Origin: Methanothrix sp.
GTDB taxonomy: Archaea; Halobacteriota; Methanosarcinia; Methanotrichales; Methanotrichaceae
Reading direction: 5' to 3'
DNA length: 64,000 nucleotides
Assembly (NCBI GenBank): GCA_040770465.1
Contig: JAXGJB010000008.1
Location: 15,275-79,274, forward strand
How positions within the stretch are numbered: position 1 is the stretch's first letter; each line of letters starts with the position of its first letter. The notes under the pieces are model-generated. The model searched no databases, had not been told where the DNA came from, and saw only the letters and a program-made list of their open reading frames with translations. A program made the position numbers and the translations under genes. Positions 10,439 to 19,683 of the stretch are shown here, piece by piece.

Positions 10439-12028
10439 TCAGCCGTCTAGGATATCCTCGGCGACGTCCCGATAGGCGTCCATGACGTAAGGGATCCCGG
10501 AGACCTTGGCCGCCTCTTCGGTGAGGGCCATAACGTCGTTTCTGGATATGGTCTTCAGGCTGAAGTTCCTGCTTCCGGCCATCAGCTGCTGCAGGCCGAT
10601 CGTGAACCTCTGGGTGTAGGTGTAGATGCCCATGGCCCCAAGGGGTATCTTCTCCGCCTCTCTTCCATACTTATCGGCCAGCTCCTCATAGGTTACGAAG
10701 AGCTGCTTTGCCGTGGTTCCGTACTTGGAGACGGACTTTGGAAGCTCTCCCGCCTCGATCCACTTCTGGATGTTCTTTCCGACCATCCCCGGGATCATCA
10801 GGGCTCTGCCCATGCAGACAGCCTTGAAGTAGGGGGCGCCCATGGCCATGGCTTTGAAGACGCCGTCCTCGGAGGAGAAGCCGCCTGCCATGGCGAGGTC
10901 TGGCACCCTCATACCCTTCTTGCTGAGCTTCTCGGCGAATTCGTACGCCAGGGCCTGGAGATAGAAGGTGGGGATTCCCCACTCGTTCATCATGGGCCAG
11001 GGGCTCATCCCCGTCCCGCCCGGGGCGCCGTCGATGGTGAGAAGGTCGATCTTCGCCTCGGACCCGTAGCGGAGGGCCATGGCAAGCTCCGTCATGGAGT
11101 AAGCGCCGGTCTTGAGGGTGATCCTCTTGAACCCCAGGCCTCTGAGCCTGTCGACCTCCTCGAGGAATCCCTCTTTGGTGACGAAGCCGAGCCGGGAGTG
11201 CCTCTCGAACTCCTTGATGGCGCCGTCCTTGAAGGCCATCTGGACGTCCTTCTTGGAGGGGTCGGGCCTCACTATGTAGCCCCTCTTCTGCAGCTCCAGG
11301 GCCCTTTCCAGGGATCGAACCTTGATCTCGCCTCCGATGCACTTTGCGCCCTGACCCCACTTCAGCTCCAGGGTGTCCAGCTCGTGCTTGGCGGAGACGT
11401 ACTCGGCGGTGCCAAGCCTGGTGTCCTCGACGTTCATCTGGACCAGGATCTCGCCGTAACCCTCGTTGAACTGCTTGTAGGTCTCGATCCTTCTGTCCAT
11501 CTCCGGAGACTTGGAGATCTTGCCCTTGCCGTCCAAAACAAGACCGGGGTCGACTCCGCAGACGTTCTCGCCGCAGACCAGGGTGATGCCGGATATGGCG
11601 GCACCGATGGCGAAGTGCTCCCAGTTGGCGCCGGCGATATCTGTGGAGCCGAGGGCTCCGGTGAAGATGGGGACCTTCATCTTGACCTTTCGATCCCATC
11701 CGTACTCGGTCTCGGTATCCACCTCGTTGAATACGGCGGTGTCAGGGTTTCCATCGACCCCTTCGGGCAGGCCCTTGGCGCCGACGGCGTAACCCTGGAT
11801 GTTTATGTGGGAATAGTCAAGGGGATAGTCCTTGTCTGCCCCCGCAGTGATCTCGCCGAAGGGACCGGGGTAAAGCACTTCCCGACCCCTGAACGAGGAT
11901 AACCATATATCACAACCGCCCCTGCAGCCGTCGACACAGCGGGTGCAGATCCCTGACATGGGGGCGACGTTTCTCGACCGGTTGTAAGTCCCGATCGCTT
12001 CGTTGGCGTTTGGCTGTCGGAGATTCAT
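10439..12028 (-). CDS. FMN-binding glutamate synthase family protein (GltB2-like)
   Basis: SGICTRCVDGC, ELKWGQGAKCIGGE, TIDGAPGGTGMSP, AGGFSSED. Confidence 0.9.
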   Translation of the reverse strand: MNLRQPNANEAIGTYNRSRNVAPMSGICTRCVDGCRGGCDIWLSSFRGREVLYPGPFGEITAGADKDYPLDYSHINIQGYAVGAKGLPEGVDGNPDTAVFNEVDTETEYGWDRKVKMKVPIFTGALGSTDIAGANWEHFAIGAAISGITLVCGENVCGVDPGLVLDGKGKISKSPEMDRRIETYKQFNEGYGEILVQMNVEDTRLGTAEYVSAKHELDTLELKWGQGAKCIGGEIKVRSLERALELQKRGYIVRPDPSKKDVQMAFKDGAIKEFERHSRLGFVTKEGFLEEVDRLRGLGFKRITLKTGAYSMTELAMALRYGSEAKIDLLTIDGAPGGTGMSPWPMMNEWGIPTFYLQALAYEFAEKLSKKGMRVPDLAMAGGFSSEDGVFKAMAMGAPYFKAVCMGRALMIPGMVGKNIQKWIEAGELPKSVSKYGTTAKQLFVTYEELADKYGREAEKIPLGAMGIYTYTQRFTIGLQQLMAGSRNFSLKTISRNDVMALTEEAAKVSGIPYVMDAYRDVAEDILDG

Positions 12029-12096
12029 AAAATGCCTCTTTATTATTTTAAATCATCCTCCACCCAGGCGGGATGCGCCCGGACGGCTTACCCTTC

Positions 12097-12110
12097 GGAC
12101 GTGCTCTTCC
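12097..12110 (-). promoter_or_regulatory. possible NrpR operator (one mismatch)
   Basis: GGAA-GAGCAC-GTCC versus consensus GGAA-N6-TTCC, just downstream of a TATA-like CATATAAT upstream of the glutamate synthase gene. Confidence 0.35.
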
Positions 12111-12393
12111 GGCACTCTATTATATGAATTTTATCCCAGCAAGATATTGCCGACCTCATCATATAAATAGACACCGCAGGTTATGCTTCAGAGAGCAATA
12201 CTTAGAATAATCTGAAAATAGTTAAAGTTTTTGATCAGTCGGTCCCGATAAATTGAACGAGGCAGATACCTCCCCACCAGGATGGTCGTCGGAGGGCCTG
12301 CCAAAAATCCGGCACTGACCAAGAGCCCAATGGTACCGACGAAGACGAGGCCGACCCGGCCCGGCCCGCCGACTTCCGCCTTCCACTAAAGGG

Positions 12394-12885
12394 TCAATGG
12401 AGATCCCCGTCCTTCAGCCCCACGATCTTCTGGACATCAACGAGCTTCCATACCAGGGACCTCTCCTCCCGGGCGATGGAGTCGAGGGGGTCATCGGGGG
12501 AATGGCCCAGGGCCGAGAGGACGTTTCTTGAAAGGCTCTTTCTTCGGATCAGATCGACGAACCTCTCCTTCACAGCCCTCTTCTCCTCGGCGTCTGATAC
12601 CTCGACGAGGCGGCCCCGCAACGTGACGAACCTGTAGCTGGAAAGGTCGGGAGCGAACCGTTCTACCTCCACCGAGACGTGAGGGTCCTCCCGAAAGAGC
12701 TCGATCTTCTTGCCGTACTTTGTGGATAGGAAGTACATGAAGTTCCCATCGAAGATGTAGATGAAGGGCGCCACGTAAGGGTACCTGTCCCCCTTGAAGG
12801 CGATCCTGCAGACGTGCTCGTCATCGATCAGACGGTCGTACTCCCTCTTTTTCATGCTGGGGATCTTGACGGGTTCCAAGGCCAT
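12394..12885 (-). CDS. pyridoxamine 5'-phosphate oxidase / flavin-nucleotide-binding family protein
   Basis: VCRIAF..YPYVAPF.Y..YFLS..GKKIE..DPHVSVEV..Y.FVTLRG. Confidence 0.85.
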   Translation of the reverse strand: MALEPVKIPSMKKREYDRLIDDEHVCRIAFKGDRYPYVAPFIYIFDGNFMYFLSTKYGKKIELFREDPHVSVEVERFAPDLSSYRFVTLRGRLVEVSDAEEKRAVKERFVDLIRRKSLSRNVLSALGHSPDDPLDSIAREERSLVWKLVDVQKIVGLKDGDLH

Positions 12886-12915
12886 CTCCTCACGAAAAAT
12901 TTGATCAGCTGAAGA

Positions 12916-13167
12916 TCAGAGGCCCGATATCTTCTCATTTATCAGGGCTTTTAGGGCCTCTTCGGCCACTGGGCTCTCCTTCGGCTTGTGATACATGGTG
13001 CACCTTGAGGGCATGGGTATCAGCCCCTCGTCCAGCAGGGAATAGTGGAGCTCCTCCAAGTCCATCCCGCCAAGGGCGTACCTTTTCAGCATTGCGACCG
13101 CCTCGGTCCGCTCCCCCTCTTTCAGGCTCTCAAACCTCTCCACCAGCTTCTCGATCTGTTCCATCAT
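12916..13167 (-). CDS. hypothetical protein
   Basis: 83-aa ORF with host-like codon usage, co-oriented with the downstream gene. Confidence 0.7.
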   Translation of the reverse strand: MMEQIEKLVERFESLKEGERTEAVAMLKRYALGGMDLEELHYSLLDEGLIPMPSRCTMYHKPKESPVAEEALKALINEKISGL

Positions 13168-13295
13168 CGTCGACGCCTCGGAGAAGAGACGGCCGGATGA
13201 GATATAGATCTTGCCGGATGACGGAACTAAACCCCAGGCAATAAATACGATCGATGCGAATCACCGCGAGCCTACCAACACCCGAGGAGATCACC

Positions 13296-14681
13296 ATGAC
13301 CCAAACTCCAAAAACAGCCGTCGGTATAGATGACATCGCAGTCCATGTGCCAAAGCTATTCATATCGACCCTCGGCGAGTTCGCGAGGGAGAGAGGGATC
13401 GAGCCAGCGAAGCTCGCAAGAGGGGTCGGCGTCGAGAAGATGGCGGTCCCCGACGCCCACGAGGACGCCGCCACCATGGCTGCATCCTCCATCCTGAATC
13501 TGATGCACAAAAACGACCTTCTCCCCGAGGAGGTCGGGAGAATTTACATCGGGACCGAGTCGGGGGTCGACGAGGCGAAGGCGATCGGAACCTACGTCAT
13601 CGGGATGTTGGAGCGGATCTATGGCTCCGGGTCCTTCCAGGAGTGCGCCACCGTGGAGTTCAAGTCGGCCTGCATCGGAACGACCATCGCTCTTGAGAAC
13701 GTCGCCGACTGGCTGAGGGCGGGAGGAGACGACGATCTCAGAGAGAACGCCGGCCGACGGCGGCGAAGGGTGGGGATCGTGGTGGCGACGGACGTCGCCC
13801 GCTACGAGCTGAACTCCCCCGGCGAGTACACCCAGGGAGCGGGCTCCGTCGCCCTCCTGGTCGATCGGGACCCGAGGATTCTGGCTCTCGATCCCGTCAT
13901 GGGGGTCTATACAAGAGACGAGAACGACTTCTTCAGGCCCATCGGGACGAGGTGCGCCGTCGTCAACGGCAAGTACAGCAACCAGTGCTACCTGGCGGCG
14001 ATGGATGGAGCCTTCTCCTCTTACAGAAAACGGGCGATCGAAAGCGGGATGATCCGCCTCTCGGAGGGCGAGTGCGCAACAGACCATCTGGGCAAGATCA
14101 TATTCCATATCCCTTACCCCCGGATGGCTGAGTACGCGGCAGCCTCGATATTCCGGTCCGAGTGGCGAGATCTGCCCCGGTGGCGGGACGTCGAAGAGGA
14201 GATCGGTCCCGAGCCGAGGTCCGAGGGGAACTTTGGTGAGAAGGAGCGGCTCTCGGCCGAGGAGGGTTACAGGAGGAGGTTCTCAAAGTCCGCACAATTT
14301 TTGGAGGCTTTCGAAAAGAAGGTGAAGCCCTCTACCCTGGCATCGTCGCTGGTCGGAAACATCTACACCGGATCGATTTATTTGGGGCTTGCAAGCCTTC
14401 TGGAAAAGGGGCTCCTCGTCCCCGGAGAGCGGGTCGGCTTCGGCTCCTACGGGAGCGGATGCTCTGCAGCCTTCTTCTCGGGAGTGGTCCCGGCCGGCGT
14501 CGAGTCGGTGGCCGCAGGCTATCTATTCAAAAAGCTCGACGAGCGGGTAGAGATAGGCCTTGAGGACTATCGGCTCCTCCACGAGGGTGAGCGGCGCGAT
14601 AGCGTGGTTCCGCCGTCGGGGGAGTTCGCCCTCGCCGAGATCGACGGGGACGGGTACAGGCACTACGACTTCGTGGGCTGA
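13296..14681 (+). CDS. mvaS: hydroxymethylglutaryl-CoA synthase (long, bacterial/haloarchaeal type)
   Basis: GTESGVDEAK, EFKSACIG (catalytic Cys), GEYTQGAG, DFFRP, FHIPY, GNIYTGS, SYGSG; GAGGAG RBS before ATG 13296. Confidence 0.9.
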   Translation: MTQTPKTAVGIDDIAVHVPKLFISTLGEFARERGIEPAKLARGVGVEKMAVPDAHEDAATMAASSILNLMHKNDLLPEEVGRIYIGTESGVDEAKAIGTYVIGMLERIYGSGSFQECATVEFKSACIGTTIALENVADWLRAGGDDDLRENAGRRRRRVGIVVATDVARYELNSPGEYTQGAGSVALLVDRDPRILALDPVMGVYTRDENDFFRPIGTRCAVVNGKYSNQCYLAAMDGAFSSYRKRAIESGMIRLSEGECATDHLGKIIFHIPYPRMAEYAAASIFRSEWRDLPRWRDVEEEIGPEPRSEGNFGEKERLSAEEGYRRRFSKSAQFLEAFEKKVKPSTLASSLVGNIYTGSIYLGLASLLEKGLLVPGERVGFGSYGSGCSAAFFSGVVPAGVESVAAGYLFKKLDERVEIGLEDYRLLHEGERRDSVVPPSGEFALAEIDGDGYRHYDFVG

Positions 14682-14776
14682 GGATCTGGGGAGCTGAGGG
14701 GCGGGCCTGGGCCGATGAAAGATTGACGGCGGCCAATTTCAAATATTTTATATAGGTTGGGCGACCATCAGTATTC

Positions 14777-15400
14777 ATGGGAAAGACGCTTGAACTGCTG
14801 GCCTCTCGGGATCGAAGAGAGTTCGTCCTACCCTTATCCATAGTGATTGCTGGATTTTTGATCTTCGCCTGGACCATCTTTTCTGGGATCTCGGGGATCG
14901 GCGGAGATCTGATCCAGGCGACGGCGCCGGGGACTGTTGACCTCGACCTTCAGGATGTCGGAGAGTACACCATCTTCTACGAGAACGTGAGCTTCGTCGA
15001 CGGTCGGTTTTACTCGACGGGAGATGCGATTCCATCTGGTCTTGAGATGGAGGTGGTGGACCTATCTTCCGGGGAGAAAGCAGATCTCCACCCTTCGGTG
15101 GGAGGGTCCACCTACACCATCGGCGGCCGTTCGGGCAGGTCGATCGCGGCCTTTGTCATCGATCATCCCGGAGTCTACAGGATGACGAGCAGGTACTCGC
15201 CGGGGAGCGATGGGCCGGAGGTGGCCCTGGCGGTCGGCCATGACTTCGTAGGGAAGATGATATCGATGATGTTGGTCTCCTCCGCCGCGTTCTTTGGATC
15301 GATTATCATCGCAGCCATCATCCTGGTTTCGATCCAAAGAAAGAGGGGGAGGGAGGAGGAGCGGCTCCGGGAGGAAGCGCGGATGATTCGGGGCCGGTGA
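14777..15400 (+). CDS. hypothetical membrane protein
   Basis: N- and C-terminal TM helices flanking a beta-rich soluble domain. Confidence 0.7.
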   Translation: MGKTLELLASRDRREFVLPLSIVIAGFLIFAWTIFSGISGIGGDLIQATAPGTVDLDLQDVGEYTIFYENVSFVDGRFYSTGDAIPSGLEMEVVDLSSGEKADLHPSVGGSTYTIGGRSGRSIAAFVIDHPGVYRMTSRYSPGSDGPEVALAVGHDFVGKMISMMLVSSAAFFGSIIIAAIILVSIQRKRGREEERLREEARMIRGR

Positions 15401-15406
15401 CCTGAG

Positions 15407-16330
15407 TTGCCAGATCCAACTTGGAAGAAAAACAGGAATCGGTCCCCGAAATTCAAAGATGGGAGAAATGATGATTTGACACCACAAAAACCGCCTGCTA
15501 TCGTCCTGGTGGCTTTCGGAAGCCTCGACCCCGAGGCGAGGAAGACCTACGGGAATATCAGAGACGCCTACCAGCAAAAGTTTCCCGGCTCGACGGTCCG
15601 GATCGCCTTCACCGCCGATTTCATCCGGCGGATTCTCGCAGAAAAAGAGGGGGTCTACGTCCACGGCCCCCTTGCAGCCCTGGCAGAGCTTTCCGACGAG
15701 GGCGAGACAAATGTGGTCGTCCAGTCGCTCCACGTCGCCCCCGGCTCCGAGTTCCACGATGCTGCATCCCTCGTCTCGGCCCTCAGGTCTGTCCGGGGAA
15801 AGTTCGGATTCCGGAATCTGGAGATGGGTCCGCCGCTGCTCGCAAGCGGCCGGGATTTCGATGCCGTCTCAAAGGCCCTGGCCTCGGAGTTCGATCGGCT
15901 CACCGTCGAGGGCGAAGTGGCGATTCGCCCAAGAAACCCGGAGGAGACGGCCGTCGTCCTGATGGGCCACGGGACCGACCACCCCGCAGACTCTGCCTAC
16001 GCCCGGATGGCGCTCGTCCTCGAACGGGATCACAGGAACGTCTTTTTGGGGACGATCGACGGCTTTCCGGGGCTGGAGGAGGTGATGGCCGAGGTGAAGC
16101 TGGCGTCCGGCGTCGGGAGGGTGAGGCTCCTCCCCTTCCTCCTGGTGGCAGGAGGCCACGCCACGAAAGACCTGGCCGGGGACGACCCCACATCCTGGAA
16201 GAGCGCCTTCGAGGAGGCGGGCTTTGAGGTCGAAGTCCTTCTCCGAGGGATGGGCGAAAACCCCGGGGTGGTGGAGGTCTTCATCGAGCATTCGAAACAA
16301 GCGATCGAAGGCTTCCGGCAGACCTTATGA
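15407..16330 (+). CDS. cbiK: sirohydrochlorin cobaltochelatase CbiK
   Basis: IVLVAFGS, AFT..IRR.L, VQSLHV.PG.EF, LMGHGT.H, FLLVAGGHA.KDLAGD; exact start uncertain. Confidence 0.85.
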   Translation: MPDPTWKKNRNRSPKFKDGRNDDLTPQKPPAIVLVAFGSLDPEARKTYGNIRDAYQQKFPGSTVRIAFTADFIRRILAEKEGVYVHGPLAALAELSDEGETNVVVQSLHVAPGSEFHDAASLVSALRSVRGKFGFRNLEMGPPLLASGRDFDAVSKALASEFDRLTVEGEVAIRPRNPEETAVVLMGHGTDHPADSAYARMALVLERDHRNVFLGTIDGFPGLEEVMAEVKLASGVGRVRLLPFLLVAGGHATKDLAGDDPTSWKSAFEEAGFEVEVLLRGMGENPGVVEVFIEHSKQAIEGFRQTL

Positions 16331-16408
16331 AACGAGGGTGCCCAGGCGGCGGCGCAGAACCTGAGGCTGCCGTAGGTGGACCCGCCGGGATGGCTGACGC
16401 CCGCGCCA

Positions 16409-17053
16409 TCAATCCGATTCCTTCCAGCCCTCCAGCCCCTCCTTATAGAGGAAGGCGACGATCAGAAGCCCCACAATGGGGTCGGCCTGCCAGAGGCCGA
16501 ATAGGTAGTTTGCCCCAAGACCCACCAGCAGGGCAGCAGATAGGAGAGCGCAGGCGAGGGTCTCTTTTGAGTCGGCGATGAGGGCCCGGCTTCCGATCGC
16601 CACCCCCAGGTCCCGTTTTTTGCGGGCGATAATCGGCATTATCAATATCGAGAGGAGGGCTATCGCGATCCCCGGCGCCGATGGTTCGGAGACCTCATTG
16701 CCCGCCAGCTTTCCCATCGACTCGATGAGGACGTAAGATCCGAGGAGAAAGAAGGTCACGGCGACGAACCTCTCGGCCCTCCTCTCGATCTCCTCCTCTT
16801 CCCCCTCAGAGCCCGACCGGTGCTTTCTGAGCCGCCATATCAAAATCAGGGCCGAGAGGGACTCGACGATGCTGTCGAGCCCAAAGCCGACGAGGGCGAT
16901 GGACCCCGCGAGCCGTCCAAAGAATATGGAGGCTATCGCCTCGGCGACGTTGTAGGCTAAATTGAAGTACTCCAGCCGGAGGGCTCTTTTGTAGGGATCT
17001 TTAGAGGCGTCCGTCTCAACCATGTCTGATGCCACCACTTTCGCGTTCTCCAC
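16409..17053 (-). CDS. cation diffusion facilitator-like transporter (TM domain only)
   Basis: YNVAEA..GSIALVGFGLDS.VE, ALIADSKET, WQADP. Confidence 0.85.
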   Translation of the reverse strand: MENAKVVASDMVETDASKDPYKRALRLEYFNLAYNVAEAIASIFFGRLAGSIALVGFGLDSIVESLSALILIWRLRKHRSGSEGEEEEIERRAERFVAVTFFLLGSYVLIESMGKLAGNEVSEPSAPGIAIALLSILIMPIIARKKRDLGVAIGSRALIADSKETLACALLSAALLVGLGANYLFGLWQADPIVGLLIVAFLYKEGLEGWKESD

Positions 17054-17208
17054 TTCACCAAATCTGGATGGAAATTTTGGCTTTCAACCATTTAGAACCA
17101 TATGCTCTGGCTCTTCTCTGTTCTAGATCGTCGTGATTCCTTTCCACATTTCTTGGCTGCTTTCCAGCACCAAAGCCCCAAATACCATCCCGACAAAATA
17201 AACTCCCA

Positions 17209-17823
17209 ATGTCCCCCCAAGAGAGCGCCCTCCTCCTCGTCGTCTACCTCGCCTGCTTCGCCGCCATCCACAGCCTCATGGCCAGCCTCCCCTTCAAGAG
17301 GAGGGCAGCGAAGATCCTCGGCCGCCGGACCGACCGGTGGTACCCGGCCATCTTCTCCCTCTCGGCCCTGGTGATGGTCCTGCCGCTGGTCTACCTCGTC
17401 TACCTATTCCCCGGAAAGGTCCTCTACGTCGTCCCCTCGCCCTGGCGGTGGGCGATGGTGGCGGGGCAGGTCCTGGCGGGGCTTCTGTCCCTCAGGGCTT
17501 TTTCCGACGCGCCCCACCGGTTCCGGGTCCCGCTCCAGCTGGCGGGGGCGGGGGCCGCCGAGGCGAAGCCGCTGGCCCCGCGGGGTATCTACTGCTGGAT
17601 AAGAGATCCGTTCCTCCTATCGGGCTTTCTCCTCATCTGGCTCACCCCCTTCATGACGACGAACATCCTCATCCTCTACGCCATCGTCACCGTCTACCTA
17701 TACCTGGGGTCGCTCCACTGGGAGAAAAGGCTCCTCGCCCAGTTCGGGGGCGAGTACCGGGCGTACCAGAGAAGGGTTCCGAGGATGGTCCCCTGGCGGG
17801 GGAGGGTCTGCCCCGGCAGTTGA
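17209..17823 (+). CDS. NnrU/isoprenylcysteine carboxyl methyltransferase-like membrane protein (paralog 1)
   Basis: FAAIHSLMAS, GIYCWIRDP, EKRLLAQFG.EY..YQRRVP. Confidence 0.8.
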   Translation: MSPQESALLLVVYLACFAAIHSLMASLPFKRRAAKILGRRTDRWYPAIFSLSALVMVLPLVYLVYLFPGKVLYVVPSPWRWAMVAGQVLAGLLSLRAFSDAPHRFRVPLQLAGAGAAEAKPLAPRGIYCWIRDPFLLSGFLLIWLTPFMTTNILILYAIVTVYLYLGSLHWEKRLLAQFGGEYRAYQRRVPRMVPWRGRVCPGS

Positions 17824-17844
17824 CGGCAAACGGAGGAGAAGAAG

Positions 17845-18531
17845 ATGTTCTCGAACTCGACCCTCGTCCTCGCCCTCTACCTCATCGGCTATGCCAGCCT
17901 GCACAGCCTCCTCGCGGACAGCCGGATCAAAAGACGAGCCCGGCGAGCCCTCGGCCCGAGAAAGATGAGGTGGTACCGGCTTTTCTTTTCGATAATGGCG
18001 GCCGCCACCCTCTCCCCGCTTCTGTACCTCCTCTATCACTTCCCCGGAGAGACCCTTTACTTAGTCCCCTCCCCCTGGCGATGGGGGATGATCGCGGGGC
18101 AGCTGGCAGCGGCCCTCGCCTTCGGCAAGGCCTTCCTCGCCATGGGGCCCCTCCGATTTCTGGGGTTCCATCCCGATGACGGCGAAGGCGAGGGCGATCT
18201 GATCATCGAGGGCGTCTACTGCAGGACGAGAAACCCCCTCTTCCTCTTCGCCCTGATCTTCCTCTGGCTCTCCCCAGTCATGACCGAGAACCTCCTCGTC
18301 CTCTACCTCATCGCCACCGTCTACTTCTATCTCGGATCGATCCACGAGGAGAGGATGCTGGCCGAGAAGTTCGGAGCCGCCTACCGCGACTACCAGAGGC
18401 GAGTGCCCAGGATCGTCCCCCGCCTGCGCTGCCGCTATCCCGAAACGCGAGTCGGAGGCGGGGGTCGGGACAGGGGGTCCGGCGCTGAAACGAGACCTGA
18501 GACGGACTCCGACGAAGCTCGCAACCTCTGA
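17845..18531 (+). CDS. NnrU/ICMT-like membrane protein (paralog 2)
   Basis: YASLHSLLA, GVYCRTRNP, HEERML.EKFG..Y..YQRRVP; tandem paralog of the upstream gene. Confidence 0.8.
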   Translation: MFSNSTLVLALYLIGYASLHSLLADSRIKRRARRALGPRKMRWYRLFFSIMAAATLSPLLYLLYHFPGETLYLVPSPWRWGMIAGQLAAALAFGKAFLAMGPLRFLGFHPDDGEGEGDLIIEGVYCRTRNPLFLFALIFLWLSPVMTENLLVLYLIATVYFYLGSIHEERMLAEKFGAAYRDYQRRVPRIVPRLRCRYPETRVGGGGRDRGSGAETRPETDSDEARNL

Positions 18532-18617
18532 TGACTGATGACCTCTGACGACGAGGGAGGCGGCGACATCCGACGACTTCTGATCTTAATCTCTGATCCC
18601 GAAAGGCCGGCGAAAGT

Positions 18618-19196
18618 TCACCGGCCGTAGGTCGCCGCGGCCTCGCCCGACGAGAGAATGTTCCCCTCCATCGCCGCCTCCAGGTCGGATCTATCGGAGC
18701 CGGCCGCGAGATCGAGCTTTGAATCCAGAGCATAAACCAAGAGGACGTACCGATGAGCAGGCCCCGACGGCGGGCATGGTCCAGCGTACCCGATCTCCCC
18801 GAAGCCGTTCGTCCCCTGAACCGCTCCCACCGGATCCGAGACCTCCCCCACCCGAGGGATCGCCTCGGGGACCGACTCCGCCGGCTCGAGGTTCCAGATC
18901 AGCCAGTGGACGAATGTCCCCCGGGGAGCGTCAGGGTCCTCCAGGATCATCGCCACCGACTCCGCCGATTCGACGATGCCGCTGATCTCGACGGGGGGAG
19001 ATAGGTCCTCGCCGTCACAGGTGTACCTCTCGGGGAAGGAATCTAATCCCAGGGAGACGTTAAGGCCGGCGAGAGCGTACTCTCCATCCGATCCGCCGCC
19101 GTCGCCACCGTCGCCATCGACATCTTCAGAGCATCCCGCCGTGGCCACCGACGCCAGTATCGCAATCACGATCAAGACCGATGGGAAGATCCTCAC
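18618..19196 (-). CDS. YbhB/YbcL (PEBP) family lipoprotein
   Basis: Signal with AGC lipobox; YTCDGEDLSP, DPDAP.GTFVHW, GY.GPCPP..HRY. Confidence 0.92.
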   Translation of the reverse strand: MRIFPSVLIVIAILASVATAGCSEDVDGDGGDGGGSDGEYALAGLNVSLGLDSFPERYTCDGEDLSPPVEISGIVESAESVAMILEDPDAPRGTFVHWLIWNLEPAESVPEAIPRVGEVSDPVGAVQGTNGFGEIGYAGPCPPSGPAHRYVLLVYALDSKLDLAAGSDRSDLEAAMEGNILSSGEAAATYGR

Positions 19197-19624
19197 TCTT
19201 CCACCAGCTCGAAATCGATGCTCACCGAGGTGCTCATCGACCGGATGACCGGCACCCTCCCCGCAACGTCGGCGAACATCTCCATCAGGGTCTCGGGGTC
19301 GCCGTCCGCGGCCAGGCTGACCTTTACCTCGATCCTGGTCACCTCCCGGCCGTCCGCCGACGTCTCTAAGACCCCCTCGGCTCTGGATCGATAAGACCGG
19401 AGGACGACGTCGTACTTTCTCGCCCTGGCGAGGGTGGTGGTGAGGACGCAGGCGTTGGCGGCGGCGACGAAGAGATCCTCCGGCGACGGATAGCCCCCGA
19501 CTCCGCCGAACTCCGCCGGCAAGGCGACCTCGATATTCGTGCCGGAAGCGGAAGGAAAGGCGATCTCGCCTTTCGCCCCACCGGTCCAGGTCACAAGGTT
19601 GTTGAAGGTGAGCTCTTCTGTCAT
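19193..19624 (-). CDS. OsmC family protein
   Basis: P.EFGG....SPEDLFVAAANAC; second Cys apparently absent (RVPVIRSM). Confidence 0.8.
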   Translation of the reverse strand: MTEELTFNNLVTWTGGAKGEIAFPSASGTNIEVALPAEFGGVGGYPSPEDLFVAAANACVLTTTLARARKYDVVLRSYRSRAEGVLETSADGREVTRIEVKVSLAADGDPETLMEMFADVAGRVPVIRSMSTSVSIDFELVEE

Positions 19625-19683
19625 GGTCGGAGGTTTAGAACTTCTCGGCTATTATCACTTTCCGGAGAATGCCGATCAAGGGA

